Part shown: positions 50,201-57,995 of the stretch, piece by piece
Layout of the letters: every line of letters starts with the position of its first letter
Numbering within the stretch: position 1 is the stretch's first letter
IMG/VR virus record: IMGVR_UViG_3300024520_000047
Coordinates: 62,001 to 126,000 of that record
DNA: 64,000 nt
Direction: 5' to 3' (one strand)
The notes under the pieces: model-generated
The model's database searches: none
What the model was told of the DNA's origin: nothing
The model's input: the letters and a program-made list of their open reading frames with translations, nothing else
Program-made: the position numbers and the translations under genes

Positions 50201-50516
50201 ATGAACCATATAAGGCGTAATTACTTACTTTTGACCTATCAAAATTTATAAAAACCTCTAAACTATTACTAACATATAACTTTGCTTGTGTTATATCCTC
50301 TATCTGTAAGGTATCTAATGTTATCGGTTCGGAAAAATTACCTAAGGAAAAATCTCTGGAATCTTTTGGTGCGGCATTCGAGTATATGCTAAAATTACCC
50401 AGGGTAAATTGAGAAGTGCCGTCCGTAAATTGGTTTCCAACTAACTTATCCCCAAATAGGTCTGCTCCATTACCCGGAATTTGTGGGGTATTACTATTAT
50501 AAATACCGTTCGCCAT
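41211..50516 (-). CDS. Giant (3101 aa) baseplate wedge/tail protein: P2 gpI / T4 gp7-like core with appended Cys-rich, vWA-like and carbohydrate-binding-like modules
   Basis: LLKNFARTLGW...YRRLLVNTAYLFKSKGTRKSIEFML; CPEGYTYD..C and CPSGYTYD..C; IYAFYDTSS; WNINDTYEFGDIIVQNGNFY. Confidence 0.7.
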   Translation of the reverse strand: MANGIYNSNTPQIPGNGADLFGDKLVGNQFTDGTSQFTLGNFSIYSNAAPKDSRDFSLGNFSEPITLDTLQIEDITQAKLYVSNSLEVFINFDRSKVSNYALYGSLRERIKVAVQNVIKKFPAAILFNNVRTWSDYNTGDTAVNITYEPSDNQTFIDLNLYTIYNPFSIDYTKQAKDTLTSSDSIELRNLVLSFKKYALFYNDKEYPLQYLKPTSGNTTNGFLTIAVDGKPFGNSVTTIDSFYIKPTTTETEKAFDQLNDMEKFLVERKSTPKYTAKFQQPTETDSGKIIQATKSITWPTTDFWNIRINGFPFEKYLEDLYDIGDSFDSYKTNLISRFLTTAAFKEFDTIDEKVDKVLKIYGRSFDVIKKYIDGLVYMTNVTYDGVDNMPNTLLKNFARTLGWKTPSAIENKGFLDSIFSRNPDTLYEGQVTNPTPAELDTELYRRLLVNTAYLFKSKGTRKSIEFMLRFIGAPEALIEFNEHVYVAGAPINMKQFNERIAYISDGTYTEEVPVRDSYFTELSGTFPPITITGFTYGYETVVKETKVGRYAYPVDERGFPTKPRYGPDAYFQAGEGWFEETTEHRGKRVVDTATSVFTGNTPVLKTKLNKFTYGEPYLDLYRKFPDMNLGFPIVRTPDNKKSWVKKDTYNLRQYNLRDRGTYYYTNTDKLVLNVKNVELYLNVGQGLEWDVWNLSKRYGCPFGPTALSSPYPGIGGPDWTEIVVDASKLSFFEFAEKFWRVLINVKNRLTIDDGHGGGYPTLLNIYLNYLDSENVCGVPSNKYTYEKMIAYVENLGDYWIRLVEQFIPATTIWTGGIKYENSIFHRDKFVYKHEPLCDDTECFGSFVTCCEPIFNDILVEAANTCGGLLFSGATWQNKITLGGTEYMGDIYYSSTTIYDIPDTSDWLGDMTSILSGITQDVMDPNHLLSYYLINDITDPNIPNLTDPNCIIVQGPCGTGEEICDCPEGYTYDEVSESCVTYTASTVTTGETIVKADGVSSYGQFGARFCIPGTYTTCGSGATAANFNVIGTVANPFWDAAGTTTQGRLNQVGVNNATMTSTTQFFGFSRCVTAPADGEYLFGMAGDNQIRATLNGTQIVENPWDGTAGALQNFNYWWVWPVTLNAGSNTLLLEGANATAFGPASFGCEIVGPFPVGTFTVNTDFDIFATPAGVSAYTANTIFSSLDEVGGIFNTETNTCPSGYTYDLCTDSCIRTVPTECVTYPAGNDAWNSDNGVDPHYFTSEICLNVTNVQVTPVPLDTDIYAFYDTSSNPFDTALATRDSINTWATSLSGFTGNVYHIPLADERWLRWATIPISGGTFDTPTCCNWQNTLYGSQNNFSNLPSGTTYTGTSVGSCVGGTGVSGGFYTFPPNLSTNVLMFTFVVESSGAVVNAYHGSRGGTFDPGAQCEANDKTGSPPAWELAQGLPYNPMDDWNSPLINTTTAVIQPTPPYSEDFSAFTSAHASYTTFNSFMYPIVHQDQNETMMFPLHVYGAMFSGTVDPSQLIENPTVTTVGGTLTAITLHNPYTALTATNTMSGYVGSGLNNFGWGAKYDLGVSGCTTLCGDCTDPNCFSPDCPTNFSPNPCINQRCHRCNGTPNCVTNICNTCTAQARNVCTDTALFFEQQFQQDLAIFLEGNSTLSLVNCDICIRVCGNEEFTAPLWNINDTYEFGDIIVQNGNFYEWVSGESGTDGNPDNYNPDPEETPPSTTGPTPGGPPGPPAGPPCWPPPCGWQPVDIEPGGIPFLGGNNFTEGDNCDPYQEIVIPENPIPTGFTYTVDPVTFKDGIFNVGGQDCFESTYKICEEMVDPCACTGNNVWSRENAGIFYQEGDTVCCPENTLLAGHAFTMTNINNCGTTQFPLSLCDGGHSKCWVECVAEEIVVVTNDTEDACNPDSPSPGEDPVAVCECQETDYSGEGNSILQNVELDFYLISVNDVPAHIQGFKMNEDAGQTSPPNWWTTGTDDTFWAITNEAKSLEWSKAILNPCCLADEMVIYFDRYRQQNKLFIFEGRVKYELNITDSTQIEFYRWEYRDISDPTNNPAVRYFLHIPDVQTNTIIDTSDTSYAGFSTTLKTLFEETTTLSFQIQSMSSDRNKFYLEKLSNSTYLTDNGTGTNAIETTPVIRDRYFIIPPQGQFGVNGALVFQEMDWIVDTPNYNFISDDRVGSYNMQLQVVCGTHECTYLQFQNTGVDNSQIFTTVPVTNSCPTNLGAAARHQTGVIKSTVVDFAKGNVTGNRLEVDISKELLKNQTELNVNDYEIVDSQVYLIPTLDPFTSSAPQPYNSPTLVGTTTGPTSEVFKTEDGKEVTYLGGWLDTIETQRNRNTVVSFTTPSDLKQFGVSLRKKSIAGGTEKVGTSTRTYSNYEEWATRCVGLTNGVFNPKTINYNSDGEFEGFTLTTQLRRSATNSQNISGEAPIPTGNNSIILTTQGSWGDYLETQTGSTLSAFTSIVYSAYTNLSAYTDTSQTRVSSDQVHDICMVGDDINLNTRLFYSDRILSQPFKFINNPKGFIPFVPTNALWTNCGPYYVERTPTQYSYYQATKDICLRARLTTTINIQYQDPTWWNYLDRYKTYTKDKGNVPSNDYEYYSLLNSAIINGKSNILRPTRNTEGTFVNSRTKSNTYFPVDGLNADSGILDFQVRLTIQKSLSGVTSATTTLASYTVGANETDNSNADTFLTIPVNKTEENRNTYDYNSITTNLPDEILIEKNIIASLDTGTITLNEGERLFASAQIESLTTPKWTSTATTATTMTVRVGTNIVDSSNPEYPYFLITEESCQSALVNDIKLYWDSNDITKQITPLYTNGQLQPVDTNNEMGALYTTQTTTADISTDYRTEPITLSNLLSFSYVDLANKSETLIDNTTLVESSKKTNNWVKKIESGESSNLKINANKMITFNNMTVQLNLPVSKDTSTPMLSNPEYMYVLDTKVRVKGTSRVFPIISPILPTATQNTNKLNTIPLSTSILNSLGSSVTPSNIEDVNIDTVAGQLIINDEVINTESSYYNITKPSLTYGRKAYYKCGTDTFVEVPPQDDLGAQVWCCATETTPEYYPCGEKTQSQWIKMLGRDGSKYGNKVSQNDVRGVVLGTSKNNKTYGGGSQYS

Positions 50517-51427
50517 TATTGTTGTGCAATATTATTAAACGCTTTTGTAAAGTCTATATTATTACCTCTATCTTGTCTCACCTCATAAAGTGGTGCTCCA
50601 AATTGGTCTCGTGTTTCGTATAAATTATATTGCTTATATATATTATTATCACTATCGTAAATTGTATATATCCCATCACTAAGTGATTTAGTTTGATTTC
50701 CATATAACGCGATTCCTAGACTATCTACATCGTAGTCTACCATTTCAATTTCTATAGTTATTGGATTAAAATGTGTATTCGTTATAACCACATTCTGTGC
50801 TGGTTGACCAATGTAGGGTAAGGCTGTAGGTTTATTGGATGGGGCTGAGGTGGGTGTTAATGTACAAAAAAGTAAATTACTACCCCCGTTAATATACCTA
50901 TATCTAATCGCTTTTTGGTTACTATTTGTTAAATTTTGAGTTATTGGTTCACAAAAGAATGAAGATGTTACAATTCTATAAAAATTTGGTATCTTAGTTC
51001 CATCAGCATTTAAATATTCTATGCGGTAACCAACCAAACCATTATTTACAAACTTATTTCTAGAATTTAATGGTACATTATTAATATCAAAAACTAATCC
51101 TTTTACATTGGGTAATGATGATAAAACACCACAATCAGTAATAGTTGTTCTGATTTCTAAAGGTCTAATAACCAAAGTATATATACCTTTATTGTTAAAT
51201 TCATTATTAGGTAATCTTAAATTATATACCCCACCTAATAACTCAATACCATTATTTCCACCAGTATTTGCATTATGATAATAAGGACTTAAAATACTTT
51301 TTGCATCCAAAGTCGTTATTGTTGCCTGTTCTACACTTTCCCTAGAGGGGGTATAGAGTGATAATATTTCTACATCTTCTGGAGAAACATCTGATAATCT
51401 TTTTATTCCGTAAGTACCTAAAGCCAT
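50516..51427 (-). CDS. Hypothetical protein in the baseplate cluster
   Basis: 303 aa, coupled by TAATG to the giant gene. Confidence 0.7.
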   Translation of the reverse strand: MALGTYGIKRLSDVSPEDVEILSLYTPSRESVEQATITTLDAKSILSPYYHNANTGGNNGIELLGGVYNLRLPNNEFNNKGIYTLVIRPLEIRTTITDCGVLSSLPNVKGLVFDINNVPLNSRNKFVNNGLVGYRIEYLNADGTKIPNFYRIVTSSFFCEPITQNLTNSNQKAIRYRYINGGSNLLFCTLTPTSAPSNKPTALPYIGQPAQNVVITNTHFNPITIEIEMVDYDVDSLGIALYGNQTKSLSDGIYTIYDSDNNIYKQYNLYETRDQFGAPLYEVRQDRGNNIDFTKAFNNIAQQ

Positions 51428-51433
51428 ATTAAA

Positions 51434-53962
51434 TTATATTTGTCTTTTTATGTTATAAAATCCATAACCGTAAATTTCTAATCCACCAATTGTGTTTATT
51501 TCTCCTAATCTTTGGTTTGGTTCAAAAACCGATTGTTTACCTCTTTCAATAAATACTTCCGATTGTATTTCTGTGGGTTGGCAAACATTCATTAATACCT
51601 CTTCTTTTGTTAGGGGGTCCATACAGAGTTCTATCTCACTCCCATCTAAAAAATTTGTACCTTCTTCAGGAAAATCTGTAGAATATATACATGAGCCATC
51701 ATCTATTGTCGCCTCTGGGTTATAATTTAGTGCCACAGGGTCCGTACATCCTTCTTCAGAATAAAAACATGAGCCATCATCAAATATCGCTAAAGGGTTA
51801 AAATTTAAAGCTGAGGGGTCGGTGCAACCTGAACCAGAACCTGGTAAGTTATAATCACAACACTGTGCACGCGGCACTAAATTATCTTCTACAAATTGTA
51901 CATCAATTAAAGGTAATGGTGCGGCATCAGGGTTGGCTGGATTATTAATATTAAAAACGACATCACTGAAGGACTGTCCATCACAAAGTGTTTGGAAATT
52001 TGTTGCTTGTGGGTCAATGCAACCTAAACCATATTCACATAATGTTTGTACATGAACTGTAGCGTCTTCATTAAAATTTAATGCTGAATAACCAGGATAT
52101 ATAGGTGCTGGCCAACTTCCACCAATACTGGTACCACCATCATCCATACAACCAGGGGTAATATCTATATCACAAGAGCCATCCTCTATTATTTGTACTG
52201 TTAAATTTTGGGGAAATTGGGTTCCATTACTACTCAATGGAACACCTCCAGTCGAACCACATGATGTCTGGTCACACGGTATTCCTGTGACGGGGTCCAT
52301 ACACCATTGAGCGTTATCGGGTATTCCATCACCAGTTAAATCTATTACACAAAAATAATTATCACTGGTGGAGACACTACAACCATATTGTTGACTATAA
52401 CAACATGTTTCATTTCCAAATGGTAGTAGTGTGGTTATGGGCTCCCCTAAACAGTCTTTGGTATTTAAACTAGAATAATTATCTGCAGCTGGATTCATAC
52501 ACCCTTCATTTGTACAAGAACAAAGAGGTCTTTCATTAGAAGGCCAAGTACCACCCTGTCTTCTAGCAGACTTATCCCAAAAGTTTCCCGTACCATATAA
52601 TGAACTGCTGGGTTTTTGGTTTGTCATTTGGTTCCACGCACTTAACGATATCTCCCCACTACCACCACACGCCAACCAAATATTGTTTGTACATACGGTA
52701 GCATTTCCATAATTATCTAGATGGTTAGTTACAGTCGAAGGTTGTGGTATGTATTCATTGTTACTATTAAGACATACGGAACAATCTAAATTTCCCTCAT
52801 AACAAAAATCATCTGCGGTATCTAAATGATTAGTAGCGCCTCCGGGAGCATTAGGGTCGACTGGTGGGTCAGCATACTCATAACATGTTTGATTACCAAG
52901 AGAATCATATACGTATTTATTAGTTCTTAATTTTCCATCACAATTCATAAGAGCTAAAGGGTCATAACTGCCAAAATTTGGGTCTGTACACCCAAATGAT
53001 ACATAACCACAACAGAGGTCTGCTCCTTCTCGGTCTGTCGTGGAGTTATCTAACGTATAGAGGCTTTTCCTTCTCCACATAGTAGACACAGTATTTTGTT
53101 GTGCTGAACTTATTCTACCGAAAGCATTACCTACGTTCCATCCTGTATGTAAATAACCTTTAAAACCACCATTCACTAATTTGTCTAGATTTCTACCACT
53201 CGGGTATGCAATATTAATCTTACCGGCACTCCCCTTATAAGCAGACGAAGGAATATTATGACTTCCATTCCACCATCCGCCCGCATAAATTAATTTTGGC
53301 CCTGAATTCGCTTCACCGTCTACTACAGTTTCACAATCATACTGATTTTTATTGTCAAATCCTAAAGCAGACACTTCGGCAGGTATAGAAGCATTTCCAT
53401 ATACTGCAAAGTTGCTATAATAGCTTTCTAGTAATTGCATACAATTTTGAGGACACGCTCCATTTGCATTGCCTATATTTGTAGATGTTGCATTATTCAC
53501 AACATCTTGGGTAATTAACCCGTAAGAGTCTGGATTAGTACACCCAACATTTATGTTTGTACTAAAATAACAAAAGCTCCACTTATTCTTCCAGTCATTC
53601 CTTACACCTACACAGTGTCTGCAGGGCTCGTTTTTGGTGGGAGGTAAACATCCACTTCCTGGTATTGATTCGTGGGCCGACCAAGCTTGCATCGGACAAC
53701 CAACACACTTCCCTTTTGTTGCAAAAATTAATTGCCCTATTTCATAATCATAATATTCTTGCCATGGAGCAGCAGTTCCAATTCTTCCAAAAAAATCACA
53801 ACAAAATCCTTTATTCTGGTAAGTTCCAAGACCACTATGGTCAGGCACACCTCCCTCATCTTCACATTCATCATTAAATGTTGGCATAGCATTCCACCAC
53901 ATATTTGAGGGGCTGGGCCCGTGCACATATGCACCACACGGATTTTTTTTTCCTCTTGCCAT
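51434..53962 (-). CDS. Cys-rich structural protein with GCxDP...DDGSC repeats
   Basis: About 8 variably degenerate units, e.g. GCTDPSALNFNPLAIFDDGSC and GCTDPVALNYNPEATIDDGSC. Confidence 0.7.
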   Translation of the reverse strand: MARGKKNPCGAYVHGPSPSNMWWNAMPTFNDECEDEGGVPDHSGLGTYQNKGFCCDFFGRIGTAAPWQEYYDYEIGQLIFATKGKCVGCPMQAWSAHESIPGSGCLPPTKNEPCRHCVGVRNDWKNKWSFCYFSTNINVGCTNPDSYGLITQDVVNNATSTNIGNANGACPQNCMQLLESYYSNFAVYGNASIPAEVSALGFDNKNQYDCETVVDGEANSGPKLIYAGGWWNGSHNIPSSAYKGSAGKINIAYPSGRNLDKLVNGGFKGYLHTGWNVGNAFGRISSAQQNTVSTMWRRKSLYTLDNSTTDREGADLCCGYVSFGCTDPNFGSYDPLALMNCDGKLRTNKYVYDSLGNQTCYEYADPPVDPNAPGGATNHLDTADDFCYEGNLDCSVCLNSNNEYIPQPSTVTNHLDNYGNATVCTNNIWLACGGSGEISLSAWNQMTNQKPSSSLYGTGNFWDKSARRQGGTWPSNERPLCSCTNEGCMNPAADNYSSLNTKDCLGEPITTLLPFGNETCCYSQQYGCSVSTSDNYFCVIDLTGDGIPDNAQWCMDPVTGIPCDQTSCGSTGGVPLSSNGTQFPQNLTVQIIEDGSCDIDITPGCMDDGGTSIGGSWPAPIYPGYSALNFNEDATVHVQTLCEYGLGCIDPQATNFQTLCDGQSFSDVVFNINNPANPDAAPLPLIDVQFVEDNLVPRAQCCDYNLPGSGSGCTDPSALNFNPLAIFDDGSCFYSEEGCTDPVALNYNPEATIDDGSCIYSTDFPEEGTNFLDGSEIELCMDPLTKEEVLMNVCQPTEIQSEVFIERGKQSVFEPNQRLGEINTIGGLEIYGYGFYNIKRQI

Positions 53963-54032
53963 TATAAAATAAAGTTAAATATAAGTTTATATATGTTATT
54001 TATTTCCATATTCTTTTTTTTTTAATTATACA

Positions 54033-55298
54033 CTACCCTTCAATTTCCTCCACAACATTACATGGAACACATGGGACCCATAATGTACTTTCATGTGTTG
54101 GTTTACCCATACACTCATATAAGTTAGATGTGGTGGGATTACAATACCAACAACACCCATTATATGAAACTGTAGCTTGTCTAACATATGGTTTAATGTT
54201 GCTCCATTCACCAGAGGGAATTGTTTCACCAAACTCCGCACATTGACATGGGTCACTAGCGGTTTCATCACAACATTCCCACTCTAAATTATCCACATTC
54301 CACCCACTGCTATATGCTTGGAAATAAGTTTTATCATCTTTAAAGTCTGTATATGTAATATTATTAACCGTATAAGAAGTAAAGCTATCTGTAACTTCAA
54401 TTATCTCACCACTTAAATCTTCCACTAAAACTTGAGTCATTCCTGTAGGTGGTAAGGAATTGGGCCCATAAGTTGTAAACAACGAAAGTCTACTATCTGT
54501 TGTATACCCAGTAACCACATATGGGACATCAATACTATTAAAACTAAAAAAGTCATATACGTCGGGATTACTATCACCACTATAGATATAACTTTGATAA
54601 ATAGAATCACACGCAATTGGGTCCCCCATATTTGGTGGATGTATTTCTATTACACCAAAAGGGTTGGGTATATTTGCTTGTGATGTGTAGGGTAATGAAA
54701 TTATTTTTTTAATCGTCGTAGTGCCCCAGGGGTTAACTTGTTTTAATGAAATCGTATACCCTTCTAAATTAGCTCCAGCATACGTATGATTTGCACTCGT
54801 AACTCCCACAGTTAATGTAGTCACAGGTGTGTTGTCACCCCAATCAATTATATAATCACCAAACGTTAAAAATCGTTTAAACTCAGTATCAGAAGTATTA
54901 TGTACTGTAACTGTTAATCCTGTAGCAACATAAACAAAATTATTAATAACATCTCGTTGTACTATCAGACCATCAAATGGTGTGTATACCCCAATATCAT
55001 TAAAATCTTCAGTTAAAATAATTGGAACTGTAAACCCAGTTAAACAAGGGGGGTCTTTTGGTAATTGTGATTGTTGTGAAGCTATGGAACGCCATCTATT
55101 ACATATATAGTCTTCTTTAATCTGTGCTTTCCAATATTCACAATATCCACCGTTATTAAAATAGCAATTTTCACATTGGGGTGTGCTGGGAGATATAGGT
55201 TGTGGTAAGGCAGTATAACTGGGTGGTAACTGGGGGGGTATAACCTCAACCTGACCAGGGTAAAATCGTCGTTTAATTATGAAAGAGTACTTTTCCAT
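54033..55298 (-). CDS. Structural protein with a HiPIP-like 4-Cys motif, a PKD domain and a C-terminal CBM5/12-like Cys-rich module
   Basis: CENC-x7-C-x12-C-x2-W; YIIDWGDNT...NHTYA...YTISL (PKD); WSNIKPYVRQATVSYNG. Confidence 0.65.
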   Translation of the reverse strand: MEKYSFIIKRRFYPGQVEVIPPQLPPSYTALPQPISPSTPQCENCYFNNGGYCEYWKAQIKEDYICNRWRSIASQQSQLPKDPPCLTGFTVPIILTEDFNDIGVYTPFDGLIVQRDVINNFVYVATGLTVTVHNTSDTEFKRFLTFGDYIIDWGDNTPVTTLTVGVTSANHTYAGANLEGYTISLKQVNPWGTTTIKKIISLPYTSQANIPNPFGVIEIHPPNMGDPIACDSIYQSYIYSGDSNPDVYDFFSFNSIDVPYVVTGYTTDSRLSLFTTYGPNSLPPTGMTQVLVEDLSGEIIEVTDSFTSYTVNNITYTDFKDDKTYFQAYSSGWNVDNLEWECCDETASDPCQCAEFGETIPSGEWSNIKPYVRQATVSYNGCCWYCNPTTSNLYECMGKPTHESTLWVPCVPCNVVEEIEG

Positions 55299-56317
55299 TA
55301 TGGTGAATTAAAATATTCGTAAAAGTTTAGTGATGTATTTTGAGTTGCACCAACCCTATCATTAGTAGCATTATACATAGTATATGTGTAATTATTTTTA
55401 TTTAATTCTACTCTATAATAAAAATAATTTTGTGTGGGAAAACTATAAGGTGTAGGTAAACTAGTCTGTGGTGTATTTAAAAATGAAGTTACTACACCAG
55501 TTTTTCCATTATAAAATTTACATGACATATAAAATACAGACAAATCTAAAAATGTATTTTCTTTTAACCAATAAATGTAATACCCATCATTATTATTAAA
55601 TGGGTCCAATTCAAACTGAGGAATGGGTGAATTTTGTTCATCTAATGGTTTACAATTCCATCTTCCACCTAAATTTCCGCTACACCCAGAGTTTAATGTA
55701 GGCATAAATAACTTTTTCCCATTAATCGGGTTAAGTAATATACTAACATACAATTGTTGTTCATTTCGTATTGGTGAATCGTATAGGTCCAGTTTAAAAA
55801 AACTTTTAACAAAACTTTTTTCATTCCTGTATGTTTCTTCCACAGTGAAATCTTGTAATTCATAACCGTATAACCCCGTATCTCCAGTTGTTATTATCCC
55901 TGACGGTATATACATTGGTGGTCCATCTGGTGGACCCGGATATGCTTCTTCCCACTGGTCAGGGCATGGTGCAGTAGGATTTAAAGTAGCGTCATTAAAT
56001 TGAAAAGTCTGATTTGGGGCTTTTCTATATGTAACATCAAAGCCTGTATTAGTGGAATCCAAAAGATAGCCAAAATTAAAATTATAAAATATGTTTGGGC
56101 TTGGGTCTCCATCAATAAGAGGAGCGTGGGCATATCGTGTAACCTCATAGTCTTTCTTTAAACCTAATAATTTAGCTAATGTTTCCTTTTCATAATCAGC
56201 TACCAAATCTCCCCTTCCCACTTCATCAGTTGTATTTTGAATGGGTATTATTAGGTCTCTATCAAGATTGTCGTCTTGGAGTCTATTAAGTCTTAATTTA
56301 TATTTATTCACAGCCAT
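55298..56317 (-). CDS. Hypothetical structural protein
   Basis: 339 aa, translationally coupled within the baseplate cluster. Confidence 0.7.
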   Translation of the reverse strand: MAVNKYKLRLNRLQDDNLDRDLIIPIQNTTDEVGRGDLVADYEKETLAKLLGLKKDYEVTRYAHAPLIDGDPSPNIFYNFNFGYLLDSTNTGFDVTYRKAPNQTFQFNDATLNPTAPCPDQWEEAYPGPPDGPPMYIPSGIITTGDTGLYGYELQDFTVEETYRNEKSFVKSFFKLDLYDSPIRNEQQLYVSILLNPINGKKLFMPTLNSGCSGNLGGRWNCKPLDEQNSPIPQFELDPFNNNDGYYIYWLKENTFLDLSVFYMSCKFYNGKTGVVTSFLNTPQTSLPTPYSFPTQNYFYYRVELNKNNYTYTMYNATNDRVGATQNTSLNFYEYFNSP

Positions 56318-57995
56318 CTATAACTAAATTTTCTAATGTGTCCGATGCACCACTCACACTAATGGTGGTATTAAATGCAGTGGACCTTAATCTTCTATGG
56401 ACAAAAAATTCAATATCCCGTTTTGGGTAGTGTGAATTATTTAAAAACGGATAATCTACCCCATGACTTCCCTCAACAAATCCAATATCATATATGTCTC
56501 TCCATTTCCATATTTTTTCATCCTCAAAATATGTGGAATAGCTCGGTATATTTGCAACAATGTCTGATTGCCCTGTTTCGATATAATTTGAATATACTCT
56601 TATGGGGACATTATAATGTGGTTTATAAACATACCCCCACCCACTATCTAGATTATTACCAAAAATTGTATTCTTAAAATTAAAATTATGTCTAATTTCA
56701 CTAATTGTTCTTTCTTTTAATTCATACATATTATACTCGGTAAACGCACCTCTTAATTTATCACCTACTTGTAACGCTTTTCCTGAATTAATGTTGGGGT
56801 TTGGTGGGTTAGGTAAGATAATACCAGAAATTGGTTGTAAATCACCGGGATGTCCTCTAACAATCTGATTAGATAAATTATCGTGAACAAAATAATATGG
56901 ATAATTCCACGACCAACCATATGTGGGTGGATAATCAAAATACCCTAAATTATTTCTTAACATTACAGTAACAAATAAAGTAGTTAATGGCCTCTGTAAA
57001 TTGTCCAAGTATCTTTTTACATCAATATCTTCAATAAATGAATATAAATACGTAGGGTAGTCCACCTTAACACTTTCTCTTCCCACACCATCTGGATTAT
57101 CTAAACCTTTTTGAAACTTGCTTACGGTTTTAAATATTCCTTCAGCAAATGCACATTTATTTAAATTATAATCCTTAACATTCGTAATAATTTCATGTTC
57201 TATAACATAATAAGAAGAAATAGATTTTGTGTCATTAGGATTTAATTGTCGTTTAAATGTACCCAATGAATTTTGTGGTATTGTAGGTCCCACTAAATTA
57301 ACTACAGGAATAAAAACTGAAAATACATTTTTATCTGAATTTCTTGTTTGGTTTCCGATACTATATACCGGATAAGTGTCTACATTATTGGGAAACGTAT
57401 AACCATCAATGTTTAATTTAACGTATTGCCCCATTTTTAATCCATGTGGTGCCGCACAGTTAAATTCTATTAAAGTTTTACCACCCTTTCCAATATTATT
57501 AACAGAAAATGGAATTCCATCCGATGCCGTAAAATTTAAAACATCGCCCCCTTCTTCTGCTTGATATACCATTGGTTGTGTAGAGTTACACTCTGTGGGA
57601 ATGCTTATATATAAATTCCAATTAGTTTCATCACCAACAGATTCATCTACATCTGTTCTAATAAAATCAAATTCTTGAAACTCGGGAAACCCATTCCATG
57701 TTAAATAATTTATTGGTCCTACACTATATAAATTAAAAAATAATCTTGACGTAGTTTGAAATGCGGTCCCAGAATATGCGTTATCAATATATGGTTGTAA
57801 TTTCCCGTACACCCTATATAATGAAATGTTTTGTCTTTCATCATTAAATCTTTCACCTAAATTTAATGGAACACTTATGTCGCCCTCTATTAATTCGAGA
57901 GATTGTTGTTCTAACTCTATATTCAACTTCTGGTCTAATGGTGGTGCGCCTTTAAACTTTTGTTCCGCGGGTATTATTTTTATATTTTTACTCAT
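56304..57995 (-). CDS. Hypothetical structural protein
   Basis: The ATG at 57995 (ATGAGTAA overlap with the upstream stop) is preferred over 58019. Confidence 0.7.
   Translation of the reverse strand: MSKNIKIIPAEQKFKGAPPLDQKLNIELEQQSLELIEGDISVPLNLGERFNDERQNISLYRVYGKLQPYIDNAYSGTAFQTTSRLFFNLYSVGPINYLTWNGFPEFQEFDFIRTDVDESVGDETNWNLYISIPTECNSTQPMVYQAEEGGDVLNFTASDGIPFSVNNIGKGGKTLIEFNCAAPHGLKMGQYVKLNIDGYTFPNNVDTYPVYSIGNQTRNSDKNVFSVFIPVVNLVGPTIPQNSLGTFKRQLNPNDTKSISSYYVIEHEIITNVKDYNLNKCAFAEGIFKTVSKFQKGLDNPDGVGRESVKVDYPTYLYSFIEDIDVKRYLDNLQRPLTTLFVTVMLRNNLGYFDYPPTYGWSWNYPYYFVHDNLSNQIVRGHPGDLQPISGIILPNPPNPNINSGKALQVGDKLRGAFTEYNMYELKERTISEIRHNFNFKNTIFGNNLDSGWGYVYKPHYNVPIRVYSNYIETGQSDIVANIPSYSTYFEDEKIWKWRDIYDIGFVEGSHGVDYPFLNNSHYPKRDIEFFVHRRLRSTAFNTTISVSGASDTLENLVIDGCE

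Noticed and set aside
53963-54035. Possible read-through or frameshift joining 54033..55298 to 51434..53962 across a 10-nt A tract; also a 15-codon ORF MEINNIYKLIFNFIL coupled to the next ATG
   Set aside because: All three frames hit a stop before the A tract or at its first bases, and TAG read-through meets TAA nine codons later. The mini-ORF has no independent support.
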